Positions 53,439 to 64,000 of a DNA stretch of 64,000 nucleotides are shown here, piece after piece (the stretch's first letter is position 1; each line of letters starts with the position of its first letter). The stretch spans positions 21,328,001 through 21,392,000 of the forward strand of contig NW_025963890.1 in NCBI RefSeq assembly GCF_023055435.1, written 5' to 3'. The notes under the pieces were generated by a model, which worked only from the letters and a program-made list of their open reading frames with translations, was not told where the DNA came from and searched no databases. The stretch comes from Haliotis rufescens. Its lineage: Eukaryota. The position numbers and the translations under genes were made by a program.

Positions 53439-54663
53439 TGCATTCAGTGACCATATACACTAAACACAGTAAGGTGTCATGTACTGATACAACATCATCT
53501 GATGATGTTTAAGAGTGTTATCACTCATAAGAGTGGAACAAAATAAACAGTAAGTGTTTTGTGCTTTAGCTACATCATGGTGGACTGTGAGTAAATGGAG
53601 TCGACGTGTGACCAAAAAGTACAAATAAAATATATTAAATAAACTCAGCAAAAACACTGAATCAAGTCCAAGTGGTGCTGCAATTTTAATGAGTCTGTGA
53701 CATCAGTTTCAATGTGACATGAATAGCATGATATTTGCAACAGATGTTCATGACAAAAGTCCACATTTGTAAGAACAGAATGTACATGGTCTACTAAACA
53801 CAGTATAACTGCTGCCATTCCTTTGTAGACTAATAACACTACAACAAAGTTTCTGGATGTTCGTGACAGCACAGCATATATCACTGAAATGATCCCAATA
53901 TCTGTCCATACTGACTGTGCACAGAAACCAATAGACTGTCATCTTTGACTGGAGTCCTCATGGGGCTGTCATGCATATACTGCTGAATATCCCCATGTTA
54001 CACTCACGACCATGGATGCAATACACAGAAACAAATGGAGTGTCATCTTTGACTCAAGTTCTGGCTAAGTTATATATCAACTAACTGGCATCAACATCCC
54101 CGTGTTAGCTGTCATAAACCAATGGACTGCCATCACAGACTCGAGCCCTGGTTGTTTTGCATGTTTTTGTTTGATAGTGTTTAACGCTGCAATGTTCCAG
54201 CAATATGACAGGGGTCTATAAATGGTAGGGTTACTGCACCAGAGAAACAAGCAACTGATATTAAAAGTAAAGTTTCACACCATCCAGGTATGATAACACA
54301 AAATTAAATAAGTCACTGAACCTGACCACCCGAACCAATCAGACATCTTGTACGACAAGCAATGATTCCTATTCTAGCCTGGAATCCCAATTTGCATGTG
54401 GTTCGTGTACTGCAGTCATCATGAATAATATCAATACATCAAAATGATCTATCTAACATCATGGCAACATGAGCCAGAAGCTCAATGACAAGATGGTGCA
54501 AAATACTTTAAAATGAAAGCTGCACAAGGATCTGTACCATGTGGCAACAAAAATCAACAATTGAATTCAACAATTTATGATTGAGCATGGGCATGGTGCT
54601 GACAAACCTAGGAACAAACTCAAACTGACTCAAACCCACAATCATAGGTTATCTCTCCAAGGA

Positions 54664-55016
54664 GGTGAGGTGAAATTAGGTTTAACGTCGCGTCCAAGAT
54701 TATTGCACTTATATAGCGACGTGCATGCACGTGTGTGCGTGTGTGTGCTGCTTGTACTAGTCCGGACTGATGCCGATTTATAGTGCTAGCTCACTGAGAT
54801 ACCATGCCGCAGTTTAACATGAATACCCCACTCAGACACAGTATACTGACTCCGAGCTGACCAGTCCTTGTTTAAGTCCCTTAATGCCGAGCGCCAGACA
54901 GGGTAACAACAAGTACCATCTTTTAACGTCTTTTGGTATGACGCGGCCGGGGATCGAACCCCGGACCTTCCGCTCTCCGGGCGGACGCTCTACCACAAGG
55001 CCACGGAGGCGGTATC
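54664..55016 (-). mobile_element. Young full-length SINE family A nested in an older family B SINE (54578-55087)
   Basis: Intact box A TGGCCTTGTGG and box B GGTTCGATCCC, CpG-rich; 14-bp TSD TATCTCTCCAAGGA (54650-54663, 55017-55030). Confidence 0.93.
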
Positions 55017-56547
55017 TATCTCTCCAAGGAACGCAACTCTGCACAGTGAATTGTGGTGCCCTATTCCACTGGCACACCCGCGCCCCCAACATTACAGGAA
55101 GCGGGACAACCAAACAAACCATTAGATGATAGCACAATGGTGATGCTGAGATTATTTCCGACAACCTTTTTAACATCCATTAGCAAGCATGCAGATTTAG
55201 AGCTCCATGAAACCTGTCTTCCTCCAGGAAAACTGTTTAATCTTCAATCCTGCTTTCTTTCTGAATTCTCAAAATTCTTTTACCTGACACATAATCACGA
55301 AGAATATTTTGGCCATATTGTACAGATTAATAATCCTTCCTAATTGGAACAATATGCCTGTGTTTTTACCCTCCATTCTCTTTACACTTTCAACACTGGT
55401 CTTCTTTACAAAAAAAAAATAGAGAATTATTTTTTCATATTTTTTTTTCAGACAACCAGAGCCCTTAAGCATTATCGTAAACACAGGCCATTAGCATCGG
55501 ATCTTAATTCTTCACCATTCCAAGATTTGGATTTCAGCACATGAGAAACCATTTCACACACAGCAAATCAGAGAAAGGATACCTTTAACATTAAGCAAAT
55601 TGCTTGGGGATTTAGCGTAAGTGTTGACATTCATCCCCTTCGTGTTGTATTGTAGTTATTGTAGATCACCATCTTGGAGTTGTCTAGACTTCCTGCTCAC
55701 ATCACCAATTCTCACAAATGAAATATTGGTACATGAATCCTCAACGATCTTCAACTAATGTACCAATCATCTCCATTCTCCTGACAGAGGACACTGCTTT
55801 AAGAGAGTTGAATATATCAGTAGAGTTGCAACATAATGTCTATTTCAGATCACTAAAGGTTTAGATATCAGTCAGAAATGACTTGGTGCACATTTCAGGT
55901 ACGGTGATTTCATCAACTGCCATTTCGTGATTTTCAAAATGTCTGCCCATTCTTAAAATGCACTTACTACAGCTGAAAACAAGAAATGGGCAGTGAAATT
56001 GACCCATTAAGCTCATAAAACAGCCTGATTTAGTAGTGTTGAGTGTCTGGTAAGCTGAGATTATGTTGGTCAATGCATCGAAATCCAAGGGATCACTGAA
56101 GATACAGACGCAGTGAAATTAATTACCATCTATGGTGTTCAGGATTTGGACACCTGATCTTCAAATCGATAGAGAGGGACATTTTTAGTGAAGATGGAGA
56201 GTGAGGATCAGGATTGGAAACTGAGCTTTAGGATACAGGATGTAGCATTATTGCAATTCTCATATCATTTATCAAGTCTTAATTTTGTTGTATGAAAATG
56301 ATTGGGCCAAGGAAGAATGATAATAGTTTCTCAAAAAATCAATCATGATCACTGAAACAGAGCATCAAATTTCTACAAAAGCTACATTTACGGGTATTAC
56401 CACAAGTTAAAGACACTAAGGGACTACGGTAAACAAGCAATTTAAGAACTTAGTGTCTGAAGTTTTATCTTTCAATCAATCAGTTTATTTGGTAATAAGG
56501 CCTCAGGCAGATACATACAATTTAGTTTCATATCAGGTGCTACATGA

Positions 56548-56714
56548 GAGAGTGAGTATGTTTTACGCCACTTTTAGCAATATTCAAGCAATATCACCGC
56601 TGGGGACACTAGAAATGGGCTTCAGACATTGTACCCATGTCGGGAATCGAACCCGGGGTCTTCAGTGTATCACGAGCGAAGGCTTTAACCACTAGGCTAC
56701 CCGACCGGCCCCTA
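56548..56714 (-). mobile_element. SINE family C
   Basis: Homologous to 39729-39900; TSD GTGCTRCATGA (56537-56547, 56715-56725). Confidence 0.88.
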
Positions 56715-59700
56715 GTGCTGCATGAAATAATATTTACAGGTAAGAAGAATGAAGACAGATAGCATCTTTAACATAATTGGCTAAGTTCTCAAGACAGTTT
56801 ACATCAGAAGATTTTAACATTCCAACTAGTATCTCTTTACGATTATTACCAGTAATAAAGTCTAAATATGGGAAATATTTTGAGCCAATATCTTAATAAA
56901 TAGGGCAAACATTTTAGAATGAAATGAATTTCTTTTCAACTGTCCTTAACTTGCACAATGAAAAAAACGGAGTGTCTTATCAATGCAATCCCTCCTTCAG
57001 GTTTATGCATAATTCCTATTTCTCCAAGGCGTAAGCATAGGTAAGCAAGGGTAAGCATACATCACTTTTCTTTTGATAATACGTTTAATAGATACGGTGA
57101 AGTTTCATCTTTTGTCTTCTAGCAAAAGTCTAATTTTGTTCTGCAGAGACACTGATATTGATGCAAGCAGTCTCTGACAAACACTAATATCTTTCTTTTT
57201 CATTTTGCCTTAAGCAAAACCATTTTTTACACTAAAACTTTCTTAGAAAATATATTGCATTTTCAAGAAAGAATAAAAAATCTTTTGTTTTTTATTCTGT
57301 TTTATTTTTTCTTTGTAATTAAATTCTAGTCGTTCCAAACCCATGCTACATTTGTTCATATTTTGCCTTCTGCATGATGGCATCATGGCCTAAGGATCAA
57401 TAAATTAAGAAATATTGTTAAGATGTTGCTTTCCAGCAAAACTATGAAAAGACCATCAAGTTTATAAAATAGAAATTCATGTCCTTTCAAGGTTTAAACT
57501 TACAATAACATGTAGAACATATAATTATTGAGTATATATACATATACTCCTAGTAATCATTGTAATATCGCCTAACTCTGTCTTGGCAAGAAAACACCAA
57601 TAACAGTTAGATTTAGTGACCGAATTCAGTTCAATGCTCCATATTATAATGAACAGTTATAATTTCAAATATAATATGTATTACAGATTAATATTTGCAG
57701 AAGGCTCACAAGACATGCAGGTCCAAGATGTTTACCACTCTGGTGAAACAAGCAAGTGGTGCAGACAAACCAAGGATCATAATCTGGGTGGCTGTACAAT
57801 TCAAATCCTTCACCAGCAGGTCCTGATGGAATTATGCATTGGGAATTCTGTGCTCAAGACCCATGGGTCTCTCCTGTTTTAAATCCACTAACATTATGAT
57901 ACCTTCGATATTCAGCAACATTGCCAAAGGTAGCACAATGCTGATAATCATTCCCCATTGCCTTTGCTCTTTGAAATCAGTGCAAAACAGATACTTCGGC
58001 TGTTTCCTGCATTATCGTACAATCCCAATAAAATCCTTAAATCTGACTGTAGAATGCCTTGCATACAAAACAAGCAGACAATCGAGGACTTCTCCTCACA
58101 GTACATGAGCTGAAGAGTACTGATAAGGAGAACCGTTCTGAGACAAGAATTAAAACACACGAATGAGAGACTTAATGAATAAATTATTGATTGCATATAA
58201 TCTGACAGACAGTGAGGATTATAAAACCATGCAGGGGTAGGATCTCTGTAGCTGAAATACTAGATATGTTGCAACACACTTGCAACGGGGGCCTGTTTCA
58301 AGGACACAAGGTTTGCTCCCAAAAATAAACCAAAAGTGCGACTTGAAAATACAAATTAAATTGAAGACTGGGTTTCAAGAGGCCATTTTGATCCAAAAAT
58401 CCAATTAACTGGACCGTCTAAACTGCTAGTGAAAATTCTCACTGAATTGGGGATTGGATGTCTGCACCAAGAGAATGTAATACTGTGTTGATTAGATTAC
58501 CCAGACAGTCCAAACTGACAGCTAATATCTTGGACGGAAATGGAGGACAGGGAATCTGTTTCAAGAGGACCTTTTCAGCATATATTTAATCAACTCAACA
58601 CTCTAAAGAAATACTAAATATTTAAGACTGAATTGAGGACTGAGCATCTGATTCAGGAGGACAGTCTAAAAAAATACAAAATATTTTGGATTAAAGTGAC
58701 AACATGGTGTCTGTTTCAAAAGGACACTTTGCCACACTATTTTGATTATCACTGTCATCTAATGAACGGTCCTAATGAGTAGTGAACCTGACAACCTCTT
58801 ATTACCATCCAGGATTTATCTACCGTAGGTCTCCAAATTGAATGCCCTTGGAAGGCAAACTTGCAGGGTAAAAGCCATTTTGTTCAAAACTGGTACTTGA
58901 ACTTGTTTTCCCAAATTCGAAAGTATTTTAACATTGTATAAGAATTGTATGTTAAATTATAAATAAAAGTCTTTTCTTCTTTACTGGTCTTGTAATCAGT
59001 GACATACAAATCACCCCGACAAAGCTATGACATTAGTTATAACTATAGTAACATGAATTAGGGAAATCTAAATTCCAGTTTGCGAATTTTTACTGACATT
59101 TGTTGCAGACCTGGGACCGAATATCAACCTCTGAGCAGGTAATAGATCCAGACAAAACCTTAGACTATAACTGTCAAATGAAAACATGAAAATCAATAAG
59201 AATGACAGATTAACAGCTTTCAGTTTTCAAAGATGTCAATGAAATTCCATGAAGGGATGAACCCTACTGGTATTTAAATTGATGTATAATGGTCTAATGT
59301 TATTCTAATATACAGGGTGAGAAAACAGAGATAGTCAATCTGCATCTATTTAAAAACACTATAATTCTAAAACTATGGTTTTTGAAGTGCGATTAGGTAG
59401 CAATTTGAAAATTATTTGTTTTCAGAACATTTCTTCCAGCATCAGCATCAAAAGGGTTAAAAGATAACAATCAATATCATGTAAGGAATGCATGTTCAAC
59501 AAATTAAATGTAACACCTGGTGGAATATGATACTTATCATTTATGACTTTATGCATTATGCATAGCTATGCATTATGGCACATCATGAGAACGACAATGG
59601 ACACCTGCATAATAGAACAACATATTCTTCCTGGGTTTTTTTTGTGGTTTTTTTTTGGAATTGTAGATACAAATGTTCATTAGCATTTTACTAAAACTAT

Positions 59701-61948
59701 AACATACACATGAGTATAGGCCATACCCACAAGCCAACTGACAGTTATTTAGCTTTAATATTCAGTGTCCAAGCCAAAGGACTACAGTTAAGTTATCTAT
59801 TAAACCTTATGAAAGATATAATGACAATATATACACTATATGTATATCAAGATAGAAAAACTTAGGAAAGCATTGTTCCCCGAAGTTCAACATCAGCCAT
59901 GTGGCCATGTACTGAATAGGCAGCCATAACAGACAATATGGAAATGTCAACCATCTGAAAAAACGGAGATTAATAAGCAAAACATGTTCAAACAACTCAC
60001 CAAAAGAAGAAGCAGTAGACAAAATCAGAGAGGAGATATCATTGACAACAGCAACAGCAGTATCAGCAACAACAGCAAAAAGTGTCAGAGCAGAAAATCC
60101 TCGCTGTGCTGCATGTCACAGCTCTTCAATGACTCATACAACATGGATAACACTGAACGAAAATTTGCCAAGTTCCATCACTGGTCCAGAATCTTTCACA
60201 CCTGGATCCTGACTAAGGCTCTACTAGGTGAATGTAAGTCTCCTGACACTTATGTCTGTACCCTGAGTGATGCAACGAGGTCCATACGTCGTGTCTGCTG
60301 CCACCACCGACCTACTAGACCTGCAAGTGAGTGGACTGCTAGCGTACAACATCCATCTGCGACGGATCAATACTTTGTTTCTTTGTTAGGAGTAGCGAGT
60401 GACTCGTCGCAGTGCCACAATGGCCACATCGTCAGGTAGATGTTAGCATTGCTCATCTGCCGGCTACACAGTAATTATTTTGGAAGAATTATCAGTAATT
60501 ACTGACATTGTAAGTTGTTACCAAGATTAGCTCCTTATGGAAGAGTTATTTCGAACGGCTGTTACAAATGGCACAGATGACACAAATCATTTGGAAATAC
60601 TCTTGACAATTTCCCATGGAAAAATCAATAAACCTGCACATTTGGATTAAATATGACACTTTAAGATGGACAGAAATGTTTAACGTGGTGCCTCTTACAA
60701 ATAACTTCATTGCAGTCTAATTCATAAAAACCTATGAACACACATTGCCATTTAGAAAGTGGTCAAATGTAACAAATGTTATATTAGGGATAACACTTTC
60801 TTAGTAAAGTACAGATTCTCGTACTTTCATAATAACCTGGTAGAAAGCCACCTTCTCTAAATCTGGACGGAAGAACAGTAACTCAAATACAGCAGGTTAA
60901 TTTGATCAACACCTTCAAGCAGTGTCAGGAAATAAGGGGGGTTTTCTGCCATTGTATTTCAATGAAGGGACCCTGTATATCTTTAATTTGTAACTTGACA
61001 GTGATGAAAAGGACCCATTACGTAAAAACTTAAATACGTTTGTTTTGCTTTGGGGACCCCAATACTGCAGTCTACTTCCCATTTCGTCAATGCATACCAA
61101 TGCATATACACATAGATCAGTTGGTAAAGTTTTTAGAAACAATGTTTGAGTTTTACATAAATCTAAATTAATGTTTATGGAACTGAATCTAAAATATCCC
61201 AGAAACAATGCATTGTAGTATCAATGTATCACAATACGAAGTGTCGCATAGTTAGACAAATGTCAATTACAGTAATAGTTTGAAATATTGGCCAAGCTCC
61301 TTCAAATTGTTATGAATCTTCTTGCACTTTAATGGATTCCTGCATCAAGCAAAATTATCTGAGCAGGGGTCCGGAAAAGGTCATATGCGCCGGACATGTC
61401 CGATTGGGAATGTCAAAATATCTGATTTAATATATTGCTTACCGGACATTTAAATTTTTCTGTCTGGCCATTTTTGAAAACAAACAACACTACCTTCAGG
61501 GTCCAAATAGTTGATGAGCGTTATCACATCCCTTCAACCAAAGATATATATACATTGTATATACGTCTTTGCTTCAAAGAATTCCGGTGAATAAACAGGT
61601 ATAACAAACTTGGTCAATAAAAGTATGAAATTTGATATAAAACATCACTAGACATGATGATTTACCATTTAAAATGTATTTCCTGCTCTCCAAGGCATTG
61701 TTTTATATGCAGAGATTAAGATTACCGTGTGTATTTTCTCGTAAACTAAGCCAGAACTAGCAATCAGCTGTGCACACGTTTCCTCCCAATCTACGGGTGA
61801 TTCAGTTAAAACGTACCCAATATACATCTACAAAGAATTTTGATGCAATGGTCGGAAGAAATTGTATCTGAAATTATTATTTTATCAGGAATAATATATT
61901 CCAATATCGTGTTATTTTAGTTGCAGTTTCCACCATATATATACTTAA

Positions 61949-63070
61949 AACAAGTATTTGTCACAGAGTGACGAAATATCCCCCGCCTGTACACCATACT
62001 ACCAAATATGAAGACAATCCAGAGATTAGTTCTTGAGATATTGTGGCAACACCGTTTTCCAACTCCAAAAACAGATTTGCCTGCTGTGACCTTGAAAATG
62101 GGGTCAAGGTCACCAAATCTGACAGGTGTATGCGGTGTCTGTATATACACTATAGTTCCAAATATGAAGACAATCCAGCGATTAGTTCTTGAGATATCGC
62201 GGCAACACCGTTTTCTAACTCCAAAAGCAGATTTGCCTGCTGTGACCTTGACAATGGGGTCAAGGTCACCAAAACCGACTGGTGTCTGCGGTGTCTGTAT
62301 ATACACCATAGTTCCAAATATGAAGACAATCCAGTGTTTAGTTCTTGAGATATCGCGGCAACACCGTTTTCCAACTCTAAAAGCAGATTTGCCTGCTGTG
62401 ACCTTTAAAATGGGATCAAGGTTACCAAAACCGACTGGTGTCTGCGGAGTCTGTATATACACCATAGTTCCAAATATGAAGACAATCCAGTGTTTAGTTC
62501 TTGAGATATCGCGGCAACACCGTTTTCCAACTGTAAAAGCAGATTTGTCTGCTGTGACCTTGAAAATGGGATCAAGGTCACCAAAACCGACTGGTGTCTG
62601 CGGAGTCTGTATATACACCATAGTTCCAAATATGAAGACAATCCAGTGTTTAGTTCTTGAGATATCGCGGCAACACCGTTTTCCAACTGTAAAAGCAGAT
62701 TTGTCTGCTGTGACCTTGAAAATGGGATCAAGGTCACCAAAACCGACTGGTGTCTGCGGAGTCTGTATATACACCATAGTTCCAAATATGAAGACAATCC
62801 AGTGTTTAGTTCTTGAGATATCGTGGCAACACCGTTTTCCAACTCCAAAAGCAGATATGCCTGCTGTGACCTTGAAAATGGGGTCAAGGTCACCAAAACC
62901 GACTGGTGTCTGCGGAGTCTGTATATACACCATAGTTCCAAATATGAAGACAATCCAGTGTTTAGTTCTTGAGATATCGCGGCAACAAACAGGTGGGACG
63001 TACGGACGGACGTACGGACGGTCGTGAATACTATATCCCCCGCTTCGCGCTTTCGCGCGGCGGGGGATAA
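61949..63070 (-). mobile_element. Helentron-associated non-autonomous element (HINE / DINE-1 / pearl-like)
   Basis: Minus strand: 5' subTIR ATCCCCCGCC with nearby inverted copy GCGGGGGATAT, (CCGT/ACGT)n microsatellite, central tandem array, 3' subTIR GGCGGGGGATAT, hairpin GTCACTCTGTGAC, CTTGTT end; inserted in a T-run with no TSD relative to the empty site near 5848. Confidence 0.88.
61988..62988. repeat. 156-bp satellite-like tandem array, about 6.4 units
   Basis: ATGAAGACAATCCAG at 62008, 62164, 62320, 62476, 62632, 62788 and 62944; each unit contains the palindrome GTGACCTTGA-n8-TCAAGGTCAC. Confidence 0.97.
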
Positions 63071-64000
63071 TTATAAGAACCATAAGCATGATAAGTGTAG
63101 CACTTTGGTACAGATGGTTTGCAGGATATTTTTGGGGGTATGGAATGATTTTGACCAGTCACCGTAGGGGCTTCCCTGTGCTACATGTATTTCGATTGCG
63201 AAAACGTAAGGTTGACATTTAATAGTCAACCTTCCTCAAATATGACTTTTAGCGAGCCATGGTACAGCATTTATTATATGTGTATCCATTCTCTTGCATC
63301 TAAAGTTTGTTTCAAGGCGTCAATAGCGGTAATCTGACCGTGGTTGCTGTAAATGATGGTGAGTTGTGCGATCTACCGATCACTTCGCATACGCCAAAAG
63401 TATTGTAAACATTATTATAATTCTTGAATGAAATATTGAATAATATTAATAAAATATATTGCAAACTCTAGTCCAGATAAACAGTGAACAATTTTTTTAT
63501 TACCAGATATCATAATGAAAGGATTAAATTGCGTACTTCAGTTCGGATTTGTTGACTGGTATTTCAGGTGTTACGTGATCGCGGTGATCAGCTGATAATG
63601 TTTTCTGAGATGGGGGGAAAATATCAAGTCATTGGAAAACTTGAATTTATTAAAAATGTTAGTAAATTTTGGGAGCCATGCTTTACCACGCGCTATAACC
63701 GAAGCGCGCAATAACGAGGGAACACTGTACGTAACAACTTTAAATGTGTGTGAAAAGTTATACAAAAATACACTATTTGAAGGGGCCGTAGCCTAAATGT
63801 AAATGTCCGACTGGGATTTTAAATTTTCCGGACCCCTGGATCTGAGGACAGAGAATTTTTGTTGTTGATTTGTTGATTGGAAATCAGCTAGTCACTTTCA
63901 CATCTGTGTATCAGGACTTTCTTTCTATTATATTTTTTATTTCCATCATAATTCATATATTTAACAGTGTTCCTGTAGTCTGTTCACATAACAATCTTGA

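Larger units (their letters stand above)
61486..63727. mobile_element. pogo/Tigger-like element copy 2 (left TIR lost, internal deletion), interrupted by a HINE
   Basis: Colinear homology to 5227-6489; right end AACGAGGGAACACTG|TA. Confidence 0.85.
61364..63838. mobile_element. hAT-like MITE (outer layer of nested insertions)
   Basis: Perfect 15-bp TIR CAGGGGTCCGGAAAA / TTTTCCGGACCCCTG; 8-bp TSD TATCTGAG / GATCTGAG (7/8). Confidence 0.85.
15171..64000 (-). other. Probable very large ARFGAP1 intron (more than 48 kb, runs off the window)
   Basis: I could not find the expected preceding exon (GWSSF-type ALPS1 end) with good splice sites by eye, and saw no other credible host CDS. Confidence 0.6.

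Noticed and set aside
54832-55176. 114-aa ORF and overlapping ORFs
   Set aside because: They are read through a SINE.
59984-60439. 151-aa plus-strand ORF
   Set aside because: Low-complexity (CAG/CAA) start, no recognisable domain and no convincing splice structure.
61917-63089. 390-aa and 339-aa repeat-protein ORFs
   Set aside because: They are translations of a 156-bp non-coding tandem array inside a HINE; open frames on both strands follow from a stop-free unit divisible by 3.

Overview
AT-rich animal genomic DNA, probably a mollusc (abalone-like, inferred only from the SINE and HINE families). The window appears to lie inside one minus-strand gene, ARFGAP1. Only short coding exons are visible: a 90-nt exon (15081-15170), two paralogous 60-nt phase-0 exons encoding alternative versions of the start of the ALPS2 curvature-sensing helix (11715-11774 and 405-464), and a candidate 18-nt UGC-preceded microexon (12166-12183). 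I found no upstream exon, which implies an intron of more than 48 kb containing many unique-looking, motif-dense islands that may be enhancers. Intronic mobile DNA includes: a mariner fossil split just before its GDETW motif by a 3.3-kb TTAA-flanked Kolobok-like element with a decayed KolX/P2X7-ballast-like ORF; a four-layer nest (hAT-like MITE > pogo/Tigger-like MITE > Helentron-type HINE > 156-bp satellite array, which explains the long ORFs at 62-63 kb); a 640-bp foldback; four SINE-like families with related 3' tails; LINE fragments; and a SINE-derived 109-bp tandem array. All family assignments are from motif recognition by eye, with no database search.
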